DNA of 64,000 nt from Kiritimatiellia bacterium (GCA_900771325.1 CAAGNN010000031.1:4326-68325), one strand, 5' to 3'; shown: positions 45,193 to 54,664, counted from the stretch's first letter. Numbers and translations are program-made. The notes: generated by a model not told the origin, from the letters alone.

Positions 45193-46500
45193 ATGAAACA
45201 GATAGCGATGACAGTTGCGGCGGGGCTGATGTGCGCCGCATTGTGGGGCCGCGAGGTGACGCTGGGGAATGTGCTCTGCAACCCCGGCGGCCACTTCACG
45301 GTGCCGATTCTGCTCGACGATGTGAGCGATGTGGCGGCAATCTCGCTCCACATCACCTACGAGCCGACGGTGCTCGTCCTGACGGCCGTGAAGCCGGGGA
45401 CGCTACGCGAGCACTTTGCCGCCGAGTTCTCGGTGGAGGAGGCGCCGGGGAGCGTGGAGATTATGACCTTTGGGCGCGGGCAATCGGCGCGGACGGTTGG
45501 CGGCTCGGTAGCCGAACTCTGCTTTACGGCGCGCCCGGGGAGCGAGGCGATGACCTCGGGCCTGACCATCGCCAATGCGCACGTCTGGGAGCGGACAGTG
45601 ACCGAGGACCTCTCGGTCAACAACCCGCTCGTGCCCAAGAGTGGCGTGCTTACCTCGGCCTCAACCGCGGCCGACTGCCGCGCGCGGCTGGGCGAGGGGT
45701 CGCTGACGGTGGCGGCCGAGACGGCGGTGCGGGCGTTGGCGTTGGAAGCGGGCGATGCGCTCTGCCTCTCGAGCGCGCAGCGGCCCATCGTCGTAAGCGA
45801 GGCGCTGACGGCCACGGGCGCGCTCCGTCTCCTTGCGCCGGAGGGTGGCTGGACTACCGCGCGCTACGAGGTGCTCCAAGCGCCGGTCGCGGGGCTGACC
45901 CTGACGCTCGAAGACCCGCCCGAAGACTACACCCTGAGCGAAGAGACGAGCGGGGGCGTGACCACCTACGTCCTCACCGCGAGCGTAGCGGACGAGGTGC
46001 CGATCCAATCCGAGGGCACCCTCTCGGCCGAGGACGCGCAGGGCATCCGCGCCTTGCTGGGCGACCAACTCTCCGGCGTCACGGAGATTATCGCGCAGGG
46101 CTCGCAGGAAGCCATCGAGTTGGGGGTCGACCTGGGCATTGCGCCGGAGACCACGCGCTCGGGCAGCACGCTAACGGCCACCTTCACCCTCCCCCAACTC
46201 GCCGTCGTGGGCTTTGACCCCCAGAGCGGCATCATCAGAGTCCGCGTCGAACCTGGCGAAGGGAGCCTCATCAAAGGGACCATTGTCACCGGCGTGCTGC
46301 ACGTACACGGAGCCGAGACGCTGGGCGGCACGTGGAGCGAGCTGCCTGAGATCACCGTCGATTTAAGTGCGTATCAATCTGCCGAGACGCTCGGAGAGTT
46401 TCAGGTGACGGCGCAATTGGGGTGCCACACCTTCATCAAAGTCATTGCCGGGCGTAGCTCGGCCCTCACCCCATCCACATCGGAAGGAACCCAAGAATGA
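45193..46500 (+). CDS. Cohesin-domain surface protein (435 aa)
   Basis: Signal peptide MKQIAMTVAAGLMCAALWG. The N-terminal VTLGNVLCNPGGHFTVPILLDDVSDVAAISLHITYEPTVLVLTAVKPG..VEIMTFG..LCFTARPG looks like a cohesin fold signature. Confidence 0.75.
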   Translation: MKQIAMTVAAGLMCAALWGREVTLGNVLCNPGGHFTVPILLDDVSDVAAISLHITYEPTVLVLTAVKPGTLREHFAAEFSVEEAPGSVEIMTFGRGQSARTVGGSVAELCFTARPGSEAMTSGLTIANAHVWERTVTEDLSVNNPLVPKSGVLTSASTAADCRARLGEGSLTVAAETAVRALALEAGDALCLSSAQRPIVVSEALTATGALRLLAPEGGWTTARYEVLQAPVAGLTLTLEDPPEDYTLSEETSGGVTTYVLTASVADEVPIQSEGTLSAEDAQGIRALLGDQLSGVTEIIAQGSQEAIELGVDLGIAPETTRSGSTLTATFTLPQLAVVGFDPQSGIIRVRVEPGEGSLIKGTIVTGVLHVHGAETLGGTWSELPEITVDLSAYQSAETLGEFQVTAQLGCHTFIKVIAGRSSALTPSTSEGTQE

Positions 46501-47240
46501 AGTCTCCCCTCCTCCTCGCCGCCCTGGCGGCAAGCACCCTGATGGCCGCCCCCGCCACGCTCCAGACCGCTGAGCGCGATAACGCCGGCAGCTTCTTCTC
46601 CTTCAAGGACGAAGACTGGAGCTCGCGCATTCGCCTGACGGCCGACGGCTACGGCAACTTCGGCTCCAAGATGGAACTCTCCGACCCCGCGGCAAGCACC
46701 CACGGAGACCTTTACGGCACGCGCTTGGATCTGCAGCTCAAGCTCTACACAAAGGAGCGCTTTAACCTCTGGGTTGGCCTCGGCGGCAGTTGGACCCCCG
46801 ATCAGGAGTTCGGCACCTACGCCGAAGACTACAGCGATCCGGGTGTCTACACCGAAACTCTCAGCGGCAAGATGGAAGTGCGCGACTACGCCTTGCGCGC
46901 AATGGTCGTGCCCGAATGGCAGCTGCTCGACCCTCTGGCCCTGGGTTTGCGTCTGGGCGTGGAACTCGGCCATACCAAGGCCAAGTTCTCCGAACACTGG
47001 AGCTACACCGACATTGGTGGCACTGAGAACGATAGCTGGGACTTCGAGAACAGTGAAACCCTCGTGCGCGGCATCGTTGGCCTCTAAGCCACTTGGATGT
47101 TTACCGAACACCTCGGCCTGACTGCCTACGGCGAAGGGCAATTTGGGCAGGATATGGACCTGGAAATCGATGGCGAAAAGTTCGGCACCTTGAAGGGGAC
47201 CGCCTTCGAAGCCGGCATTGGCCTCACCTGGCAGTTCTAA
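46497..47240 (+). pseudogene. Outer-membrane beta-barrel protein gene interrupted by an in-frame TAA (47085-47087)
   Basis: ORF 46497..47087 (signal peptide MKSPLLLAALAASTLMAAPA, alternating beta-strand pattern) stops at TAA. The same frame continues ATWMFTEHLGLTAYGEG...GTAFEAGIGLTWQF-stop (47238-47240), ending in the canonical OMP C-terminal aromatic signature. ATGA overlap with the upstream gene. Confidence 0.65.
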
Positions 47241-47260
47241 TTTCTTCTCCACACGCCTTT

Positions 47261-47297
47261 GCTCCGCCTGGCTTTCCCCAGGGCGGAGCACTTTTAT
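47261..47297 (+). terminator. Rho-independent terminator ending the surface island operon
   Basis: gctccgcctgg-ctttcc-ccagggcggagc followed by acttttat. Confidence 0.6.
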
Positions 47298-47339
47298 ATC
47301 GCAAAGCGTCTTGGAGCGTTTCACGCACGGAGCGAAGTG

Positions 47340-47348
47340 TGCTATGAT
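47340..47348 (+). promoter_or_regulatory. Extended -10 (TGc-TATGAT) upstream of the DUF362 gene
   Basis: gtgTGcTATGATtatgg, with RBS aaaggag at 47359-47365. Confidence 0.4.
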
Positions 47349-47372
47349 TATGGGTAGCAAAAGGAGTTTGCG

Positions 47373-48281
47373 ATGAATAGACGAGACTTTCTGAGTGCGA
47401 TGGCCGGGGCGGCGGTGGCGTTGCCGGCGTTGGCGGTGGAGGGCGAAGCGAAGGCGAAGTCCACCGTGGCGGTGGTGCGCAAGGGCTCGCCCGTGGAGAT
47501 GTTCCGGCGCGGGATTGCCGCGTTGGGCGGGATTACGGCCTTTGTGAAGCCCGGGCAGAAGGTGGTCATCAAGCCGAACATTGGCTGGGACCGCACGCCG
47601 GAGTATGCCGCGAACACGAACCCCGAACTGGTGGGCGAGATTGTGCGCGAGTGTCTGGCGGCCGGGGCGGCGGAGGTGAAGGTCTTTGACCACACCTGCA
47701 ACGCCTGGCGTAAGTGCTACGAGCACTCCGGGATTGCTGCGGCGGTCGAGGCGGCCGGCGGGCAGATGGTCGAGGCGCACGAGGAGCGCCACTACCGAGC
47801 GCAGGCGCGCGCGCAGGCCGGTAGTATGAAGAAGGCTAAGATCCACGCGGCCATTCTGGAGGCCGATGTCTTCATCAACGTGCCCATCCTCAAGAACCAC
47901 GGAGGGGCCAAGATGACCGCCGGGCTCAAGAACTTTATGGGACTGGTCTGGGACCGGCAGTTTATGCACCGCCACAACCTGGCCCAGTGCATCGCCGATG
48001 CCGCGCTCTACCGTAAGCCCGACCTGACGGTCATTGATGCCTACCGTACGATGCAGACCAACGGTCCGCTGGGGGTGGGTCTGGGCGATGTGCGCGAGCC
48101 GCACTACCAGATCCTCTCGCGCGACATCGTGGCCGCCGACACCCTGGCCACCAAGCTCCTGCGCTTCCCGCTGGAGTCGGTGCCCTACATTGCCCTGGCC
48201 GCCAAGCACGGTCTGGGCACAAACGATGAAAAGCAGATGGAAATCGTGCGCTTGGAGGCCACGGAGGAGGCTCAGGCGTGA
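47373..48281 (+). CDS. DUF362-family protein with twin-arginine (Tat) signal
   Basis: MNRRDFLSAMAGAAVALPALA (RRxFL), and a GQKVVIKPNIGW motif typical of DUF362. Confidence 0.75.
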   Translation: MNRRDFLSAMAGAAVALPALAVEGEAKAKSTVAVVRKGSPVEMFRRGIAALGGITAFVKPGQKVVIKPNIGWDRTPEYAANTNPELVGEIVRECLAAGAAEVKVFDHTCNAWRKCYEHSGIAAAVEAAGGQMVEAHEERHYRAQARAQAGSMKKAKIHAAILEADVFINVPILKNHGGAKMTAGLKNFMGLVWDRQFMHRHNLAQCIADAALYRKPDLTVIDAYRTMQTNGPLGVGLGDVREPHYQILSRDIVAADTLATKLLRFPLESVPYIALAAKHGLGTNDEKQMEIVRLEATEEAQA

Positions 48282-49672
48282 AGCTGCCGCGCGCGCTCTA
48301 TCCGCTGCGCCTAGCGCTGGCCGCCCTCTCGCTGGCCCTCACCACCCTCGCCTTCGGCTTTGCCGGGGACGCGCTGACCTTCCTGGTCAAGGCGCAGTTC
48401 GGCCCGGCGCTGATGTCGGTGGGTGCACACCTGGCCGTGACTGGAGGGCTCTGCGTGGCGCTGTGGCTCTTGGCGACGCTCTGCTTTGGGCGGCTCTTCT
48501 GCTCGATTGGCTGCCCGCTGGGGATTGCGCAGGATCTGCTCGGCGCGCTCTTCTTCTGGCGCAAAAACCGGCCGCAACCGCAGTGGGTGGCCTTGCGCAA
48601 GGGGCTGGGCGTGGCGGTATGGTCGGCCGCGCTCTTGGGCGGATGGACGCTCGGGCTGCGCTTTCTGGAACCGTGGACGCTCTTTGGGGCCATCCTCTCG
48701 GGGGCGTGGTTGCCGGCGGTGGTGATTGCCGCTGCGGTCTACTGGCGGCGGCGCAGCTTCTGCAACACGCTCTGCCCGGTGGGCGCGCTCTTGGCGTGCG
48801 GGGCCGCGATGGCACCGGCGGGGTTGCGCTTCGGGGAGAAGTGCATTTGCTGCGGCAAGTGCGTGAAGGTCTGCCCCACAGGCTGCCTCGATCCGCAACA
48901 GGGCGTGGTGGATAACGGGCGCTGCGTGCGCTGTATGGCGTGCGTGAAGGCCTGCCCGGTGGGTGCGATTGAGTTTGGACGCAACCCGGGCTTTCGGATG
49001 CCCGAGCGGCGGCGGTTGGTGCGCGCAGGGCTCTGCCTCCTGGGCGGCGGCGTGGTCGGGCTCCTGGCCCGCAAGGCCCTGCCGCTCTACAGCGCCTACG
49101 GGCCGCGGGCGCGCGTGGCGCAGGAGGGCATCTACCCGCCCGGCGCCGGGTCGCGTCAGCGTTTCCTGAGCAAGTGCACCGACTGCCGGCTCTGCATTCA
49201 GCACTGCGTGGGGCAGGTCATCCAGCCGGCGGGCACCTTCGGCGCCGTCCACCTCACCTTCGAGAACGGGATGTGCGAGTTCAACTGCAAGCGCTGTACG
49301 GAGGTCTGCCCCACCGGCGCGTTGGTGCCGATGGCGTTGGCCCAGAAGCAGCGCACGCGCTTGGGGCTGGCGGAGGTTAACCTCTCGCTCTGCGTGGCGG
49401 CCAAGCGCGGCTTCGAGTGCGGGGCGTGCGCCGAGCATTGCCCCACCGGCGCGTTGCGGATGAAGGAGGATGCCCGAGGCGTACGCATCCCGGTGCTCGA
49501 TTCGCGGCTGTGCATCGGCTGTGGGAGTTGCGAGCATCCGTGCCCGGTGCGGCCTATCAAGGCGGTGCGCGTGTGGCCGATTGAGGTGCAGGTGCAGGCC
49601 GCCGACCCGGCGGAGATCTTCCGCCCCGAGGCTGAACCCGACACCGCCGCCGGCGACGATTGGCTGATTTAA
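48278..49672 (+). CDS. Membrane-bound polyferredoxin (NapH/MauN-like, multiple 4Fe-4S motifs)
   Basis: N-terminal TM helices carry CxxxCP motifs (CSIGCPLG, CNTLCPVG). Six CxxCxxCxxxCP-type motifs follow (CICCGKCVKVCP, CVRCMACVKACP, CKRCTEVCP, CGACAEHCP, CIGCGSCEHPCP). 4-nt overlap with the DUF362 gene. Confidence 0.8.
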   Translation: MKLPRALYPLRLALAALSLALTTLAFGFAGDALTFLVKAQFGPALMSVGAHLAVTGGLCVALWLLATLCFGRLFCSIGCPLGIAQDLLGALFFWRKNRPQPQWVALRKGLGVAVWSAALLGGWTLGLRFLEPWTLFGAILSGAWLPAVVIAAAVYWRRRSFCNTLCPVGALLACGAAMAPAGLRFGEKCICCGKCVKVCPTGCLDPQQGVVDNGRCVRCMACVKACPVGAIEFGRNPGFRMPERRRLVRAGLCLLGGGVVGLLARKALPLYSAYGPRARVAQEGIYPPGAGSRQRFLSKCTDCRLCIQHCVGQVIQPAGTFGAVHLTFENGMCEFNCKRCTEVCPTGALVPMALAQKQRTRLGLAEVNLSLCVAAKRGFECGACAEHCPTGALRMKEDARGVRIPVLDSRLCIGCGSCEHPCPVRPIKAVRVWPIEVQVQAADPAEIFRPEAEPDTAAGDDWLI

Positions 49673-49691
49673 TGAACTTCTCCGCGTGGTG

Positions 49692-49700
49692 TGTTAGAAT
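49692..49700 (+). promoter_or_regulatory. Extended -10 (TGt-TAGAAT) 9 nt before ATG 49710
   Basis: gtgTGtTAGAATagacgcgctATG, which implies a leaderless or 2-3 nt leader. Confidence 0.4.
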
Positions 49701-49709
49701 AGACGCGCT

Positions 49710-50498
49710 ATGAGATTTTGCGTATTGGCTTCCGGGAGTGCTGGCAACGCCACCTATGTTGAGAGCGAGGGCGTGCGGCTGTTGATTGATGCAGGGATTT
49801 CCTGCCGGGCGATTGAGCGCCACTTGGCCGACTTGAAGATCGACCCCGACAGTCTCGACGGCATTCTCGTCACCCACGAACACAACGACCACGTAAGCGG
49901 ACTCTACCGCTTTGCCACCAAGCACGGGACGGCCGTCTATGCCAACGAGGGCACGGCGGAGGTCATCGAGCGGCAGGCGCGGAAGGCCAAGCAGCCGGTG
50001 CCGGAGTTCGCCCTCTTCCAATCGTGCGTGCCCTTCGCGCTAGGCGACTTGGTCGTCCAGCCGGTGCGCATTAGCCACGACACCGCCGAGCCGGTGGCCT
50101 ACACCCTCACCGCCGAAGCCGGTGCCAAGCTCGGCTATTTCACCGACCTCGGCTACGCCTCGCAGGAGGTCGTCACCGCATTGCAGGGGTGCGAGGCCTT
50201 GATTCTGGAATCGAACCACGACCTGCAAATGCTGCGTACCTCCGGCCGGCCTTACGACCTCGTTTCGCGCATCTCCGGGAAGTCCGGACACCTCTCCAAC
50301 GACCAGGCGTGCGACCTGATGCGCGCGGCCTGCCCCGAGACCCTGCGCCAACTCGTCCTGGCCCACCTCTCGCGCGACTGCAACGAGCCGGCCGTGGCCC
50401 GTTATCAGATGGCCCAGACCCTCAAGGAGCTTGGCCGCGAGGGTGTCGCGCTGGCCGTGGCGCAGCAGTCGGCCCCGTTGGAGGTGATGACATGGTAG
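49710..50498 (+). CDS. MBL-fold metallo-hydrolase (YycJ/PhnP-like)
   Basis: HEHNDH motif, and the N-terminus MRFCVLASGSAGNATYVE is typical of this subfamily. Confidence 0.8.
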   Translation: MRFCVLASGSAGNATYVESEGVRLLIDAGISCRAIERHLADLKIDPDSLDGILVTHEHNDHVSGLYRFATKHGTAVYANEGTAEVIERQARKAKQPVPEFALFQSCVPFALGDLVVQPVRISHDTAEPVAYTLTAEAGAKLGYFTDLGYASQEVVTALQGCEALILESNHDLQMLRTSGRPYDLVSRISGKSGHLSNDQACDLMRAACPETLRQLVLAHLSRDCNEPAVARYQMAQTLKELGREGVALAVAQQSAPLEVMTW

Positions 50499-52153
50499 AC
50501 GCAACGATGACGCCAGCGCAGTTGGCCCGGCAGATTGCCGTGGCCCTGGGGGAGGAGCCGGCCGATGTGGTCATTCGCGGGGGGCGGGTCTTCGACCTAG
50601 TCACCGGAGAGTTGCGTCGGGCCGATGTGGCCATTGCCGGGGAGATGATTGTCGGCCTGGGGGAGGGCTACGAGGCCCGCGAGGTTGTCGAGGCCGAGGG
50701 GCTGACCCTAGTGCCGGGCTTCGTTGATGCCCACTGCCATATCGAGTCCTCCCTCGTGGTGCCCTACGCTTGGGAGGAGGCTGTGCTGATGCGCGGGACC
50801 GTGGCGGCGGTCTGTGACCCGCACGAGCTCGCCAACGTCTGCGGCTCGGCGGCGATTGACTTCTTCCGCCGCGCCGCCGAGGGGATGGTGATGCACCTGC
50901 AGGTCCAGGCGAGCTCCTGCGTGCCTGCCCTGCCCAGCGAGGAGGCCGGGGCGCGTCTGGGTGCGGAGACCCTGGCACCCTACGCGGCGGCCGGCCTCTC
51001 CTTGGCCGAGATGATGAATGTGCCCGGCGTCTTGGGGCGCGACCCCGAGGTGCTTGCCAAACTCGCGGCCTTCTCGGGGCGGCCGATTGACGGTCACGCC
51101 CCCTGCCTCTCCGGGCGCGCACTCGATGGCTACCTGGCCGCCGGCATCTCAAACGACCACGAATGCTCGACTGTCGACGAGGCGCTCGAGAAGTTGCGCC
51201 GGGGCATGACCCTCTTCCTCCGGGCCGGCAGCGTGGGGCGGGACCTCGCGCGGTTGGCCCCCCTCCTCACCCTGACCCATTGCGACCACCTCTGCCTCTG
51301 CACCGACGACCGCGACCCGCTGGACATCCACGAGCATGGGCATCTGGACGCAGCCATCCGCCAGGCCATCGCCCTGGGGTGCGACCCGCTGGCCGTCTAC
51401 CGCGCGGCCTCCCTCTCGCCTGCCCGGCACTTCGGTTGGCGTCGGCGCGGCTTGGTGGCCCCGGGCTACGCGGCCGACATCGTCTTGGTCTCGGACCTGG
51501 CCGAGTGCCGCGTGGCCGGCGTGCTCTGCCGGGGGCGGATCGTCGATCCCGAACGCTTCGAGCAGCGTCCGCCCTGCCCCGTTCCCGAGGCCTTCCACGG
51601 CTCGGTCAAGATGCGCACCGTCTCGGCGGCCGACTTCGCTCCGCCCGAGCCGGGTCCGGCCATCGGCGTGCGCGAGGGTTCACTCCTGACGGACGCGGTG
51701 GCGTGGTCGGCGGCTCAGGCGAGCGGGGACCTGGCGGTGGCGGCCTTGATTGAGCGCCACGGCGGCTCCGGGCGCATTGGCCGCGCCTGGGTGACGGGCT
51801 TTGGGTTGAAGCGCGGCGCGCTGGCCTCGACCGTGGGGCACGACTCGCACAACCTCTGCGTGGTCGGCACCACCCCCGAGGAGATGGCCCTGGCCGCCAA
51901 TGCCGTGCGCGATTGCGGCGGCGGCTTTGCCGTGGTGATCGAGGGGCGCGTGGCGGCCTCGTTGCCCCTGCCGGTGGGTGGCCTAATGAGCGAGCGCCCG
52001 GCCGCCGAGGTGGCCGACGCCCTCGCCGAATTGCGTGCAGCCGCCCAAAAGACCGGCACGGTCCTAGAAAACCCCTTCCTCTCGCTGGCCTTCCTGCCCC
52101 TGCCGGTCATTCCGGCGGCGCGGTTGACGCTCGGCGGGTTTCAAGCCCTTTAA
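50492..52153 (+). CDS. ade: Adenine deaminase
   Basis: PGFVDAHCHIESS, DPHELANV and other Ade-like blocks. ATG 50492 overlaps the MBL stop (ATGGTAG). I reject the track start 50189 because that extension is an arginine/proline-rich out-of-frame read across the MBL gene. Confidence 0.85.
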   Translation: MVDATMTPAQLARQIAVALGEEPADVVIRGGRVFDLVTGELRRADVAIAGEMIVGLGEGYEAREVVEAEGLTLVPGFVDAHCHIESSLVVPYAWEEAVLMRGTVAAVCDPHELANVCGSAAIDFFRRAAEGMVMHLQVQASSCVPALPSEEAGARLGAETLAPYAAAGLSLAEMMNVPGVLGRDPEVLAKLAAFSGRPIDGHAPCLSGRALDGYLAAGISNDHECSTVDEALEKLRRGMTLFLRAGSVGRDLARLAPLLTLTHCDHLCLCTDDRDPLDIHEHGHLDAAIRQAIALGCDPLAVYRAASLSPARHFGWRRRGLVAPGYAADIVLVSDLAECRVAGVLCRGRIVDPERFEQRPPCPVPEAFHGSVKMRTVSAADFAPPEPGPAIGVREGSLLTDAVAWSAAQASGDLAVAALIERHGGSGRIGRAWVTGFGLKRGALASTVGHDSHNLCVVGTTPEEMALAANAVRDCGGGFAVVIEGRVAASLPLPVGGLMSERPAAEVADALAELRAAAQKTGTVLENPFLSLAFLPLPVIPAARLTLGGFQAL

Positions 52154-52164
52154 GGAGCACACCT

Positions 52165-53352
52165 ATGAAGCGACTGATTGCAAGCGACATCGCCCAAGCG
52201 ATGGCGAATGCCTCGTGGATTCGCCGGATGTTCGAGGCCGGGCTGGAGATGAAGCAACGCCTCGGCGCCGACCGCGTCTTCGACTTCTCCCTCGGCAACC
52301 CCGATGTGCCGCCGCCGGCGAAGGCGCGCGAAGTCCTCCACGCCCTGGCCGACGACGCGGTCCGCCCCTGCGGCCTGGGTTATATGCCCAACGCCGGCTT
52401 GCCGACCTTCCGCGCGGCCCTGGCCGAGAAGTTGACCCGCGAGCAGGGCGTGGCGCTCCAAGGGCAACACCTCATCGTCACCGTGGGCGCGGCCGGGGCG
52501 CTCGTCACCTTCTTCCGGACTGTCCTTGAGGCGGGCGACGAGGTGGTCGTGCCGGCCCCCTACTTCGTGGAATACGGCTTCTACTGCGGCCACTTCGGCG
52601 GGCAGCTCCGCCCGGTGCCGATGCAAGGGCCGGACTTCGCGCTGGATGTTGACGCGCTGCTTGCGGCCATAACCGAGCGCACGCGCGTCATCCTCCTCAA
52701 CTCGCCGAACAACCCCACTGGCGCCATCTACTCCGCCGACGCCCTCGCGCGTTTGGCCAAAGCGGTCGACGCACTCAACGCAACGCGCGAGCGTCCGATC
52801 TTCATCCTCTCCGACGAGCCTTACCGCCTCTTCGCCTTCGACGGTGCCACCGTGCCGCCCGTCCTCGCCCTCTCGCCCTACGCGGTGGTCCTGGGCTCCT
52901 TCTCCAAGAGCCTCTCGCTGGCGGGCGAGCGCATCGGCTACATCTCCGTCAACTCCGCATTGGACGGGGCCAACACCCTCCTCGCCGCCCTCACGATGAC
53001 CAACCGAACCCTCGGTTACGTCAACGCGCCCATCCTCGGCCAAAAGCTCGCCCTCGGCCTCCTGAATGAGCAGGTCGACCTCTCCATCTACGACGCGCGC
53101 CGCCTGGCGATGGCCCGCGTTCTGCGCGAGGCCGGCCTCACCTTCGCCCTCCCCCGCGGCGCCTTCTACTTCTTCCCGCAAGCCCCCGGCGGCGACGATG
53201 TGGCCTTCTGCAACCGCCTCCTCGAGCAGGGCATCATCGCCGTGCCCGGGCGCGGCTTTGGGATGAGCGGCTACATCCGCCTCTGCTGCGCGGTCGACCT
53301 CGCCATTATCGAGCGTTCGGCCGAGGCCTGGAAGCGCGCGATGCAGGGCTAA
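52165..53352 (+). CDS. Pyridoxal-phosphate-dependent aminotransferase, class I/II
   Basis: NSPNNPTG, SFSKSLSLAGERIGY (PLP lysine). RBS aaggag at 52152-52157. Confidence 0.85.
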   Translation: MKRLIASDIAQAMANASWIRRMFEAGLEMKQRLGADRVFDFSLGNPDVPPPAKAREVLHALADDAVRPCGLGYMPNAGLPTFRAALAEKLTREQGVALQGQHLIVTVGAAGALVTFFRTVLEAGDEVVVPAPYFVEYGFYCGHFGGQLRPVPMQGPDFALDVDALLAAITERTRVILLNSPNNPTGAIYSADALARLAKAVDALNATRERPIFILSDEPYRLFAFDGATVPPVLALSPYAVVLGSFSKSLSLAGERIGYISVNSALDGANTLLAALTMTNRTLGYVNAPILGQKLALGLLNEQVDLSIYDARRLAMARVLREAGLTFALPRGAFYFFPQAPGGDDVAFCNRLLEQGIIAVPGRGFGMSGYIRLCCAVDLAIIERSAEAWKRAMQG

Positions 53353-53355
53353 CCG

Positions 53356-54603
53356 ATGGCGCAGCTCGACCGCCCTGGCGTTGGGGCTCGCCGCGCCGCC
53401 ATCTTCGCCCTCGCTCTCTGGCGCGAGCAGGGCACCTTCCCCACCCGTGCCCTCGCCACCGCGCCCGACCACGCCTTTGCCCTGGAGCTGACCGGCAGCG
53501 TCCTGCGCCACAAGGCGAGCCTGGAGTGGCTCCTCAAGCGTTGCGCCGAGCGTCTACCCGGGGGCGAACTCTGGGCCGCCCTGATGGTGGGCGCAGCCCA
53601 GCTCTTCCACCTGCCAGCCATTGCCGACTACGCGGCCATCGCCGAGACCGTCGAGGCGGCCAAGCCCCTCGGCAAGGGCGCGGCTGGCTTTGTCAACGCT
53701 GTGCTACGCCGCCTCCAACGCGAGCGCGCCCCCCTCCTCGAAGCCCTCGCCGCCGCCCCCGAGCCCCTGCGCCGCGACATCCCCCCGCGCCTCTGGACGC
53801 GCTGGGTTGCGGCCTTTGGGCTGGAGCGCACCCGGCGCATTGCCGAAGCCATCGCCACCCCGCCGCGCGTCTACCTCCGCCCCCTGCCCCCCCACTCCGC
53901 GCCGGCCACCTGCGAGCCCTCGACCGAGGACCCGCAAGGCTCCTTTACTGTCCCGCGCGGCTGCCGCATCGACGCCCTGCCCGGCTTCGCCGAGGGCCAC
54001 TTTGTGGTCCAAGACCCCGCCACGCGCCACGCCATCGAGCTCTTGGACATCCGCCCCGGGCAAGCGGTTCTCGACCTCTGCGCCGCGCCCGGCGGCAAAA
54101 CCGCACAGATAGCCGCCCGCCTCTTCGCCGGCGGCGACACACGCGGCACCCTGGTGGCCAACGAGGTCAGCCCCGAGCGGCTGGAGCCCCTGCGCGACAC
54201 CTTGACCCGCTGCGGCTTTGCCGAGCAAATCCGCCTGACCTCCTGTGACGGCACCCAGGCCGCCTTCGCCCTGCCCGGCGAGACCTTCGACCGCATTCTC
54301 CTGGATGTCCCTTGCAGTAATACGGGCGTCTTCGGGCGGCGGGCCGATGCGCGTTGGGGGTGGACCCTGCGCAAGTTGGAGACGCTCTGCCAGACCCAGG
54401 CCGCCCTCCTTGAGGCCTGCGCGCCCCTCCTCCGTCCCGGCGGCCGACTCGTCTACTCCACCTGCTCCATTGAGCCGGAAGAAGATGCCCGGCAAGTCGA
54501 GCGCTTCCTGGCCACCCACCCCACCTGGCACTGCCCCGAACAGCGCCTCATCTTCCCCGAAGCCAACCACGATGGGGCCTTCGCCGCACTGCTAATACAC
54601 TAA
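53356..54603 (+). CDS. rsmB: 16S rRNA (cytosine-C5)-methyltransferase RsmB/Sun family
   Basis: DLCAAPGGKT SAM motif, DVPCSNTG and YSTCS catalytic Cys motifs, NusB-like N-terminus. Confidence 0.8.
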   Translation: MAQLDRPGVGARRAAIFALALWREQGTFPTRALATAPDHAFALELTGSVLRHKASLEWLLKRCAERLPGGELWAALMVGAAQLFHLPAIADYAAIAETVEAAKPLGKGAAGFVNAVLRRLQRERAPLLEALAAAPEPLRRDIPPRLWTRWVAAFGLERTRRIAEAIATPPRVYLRPLPPHSAPATCEPSTEDPQGSFTVPRGCRIDALPGFAEGHFVVQDPATRHAIELLDIRPGQAVLDLCAAPGGKTAQIAARLFAGGDTRGTLVANEVSPERLEPLRDTLTRCGFAEQIRLTSCDGTQAAFALPGETFDRILLDVPCSNTGVFGRRADARWGWTLRKLETLCQTQAALLEACAPLLRPGGRLVYSTCSIEPEEDARQVERFLATHPTWHCPEQRLIFPEANHDGAFAALLIH

Positions 54604-54623
54604 CGGCTTGCCACACAACACGC

Positions 54624-54664
54624 AAACAAACGGGCGCTCGCGAATTGCGAGCGCCCGTTTGTTT
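54624..54664. terminator. Bidirectional terminator hairpin (18-bp perfect stem) between convergent genes
   Basis: aaacaaacgggcgctcgc-gaatt-gcgagcgcccgtttgttt. Confidence 0.7.

Noticed and set aside
47093-47347. 84-aa ORF after the OMP stop
   Set aside because: It is in a different frame from the OMP continuation, has no RBS and reads through the terminator hairpin. The in-frame continuation ending in GIGLTWQF is the meaningful reading.
46401-49537. Minus ORFs 46401..48209 (602 aa) and 48311..49537 (408 aa)
   Set aside because: They are antisense to the OMP, DUF362 and polyferredoxin genes, which have signal peptides and Fe-S motifs. Their composition is typical of shadows.
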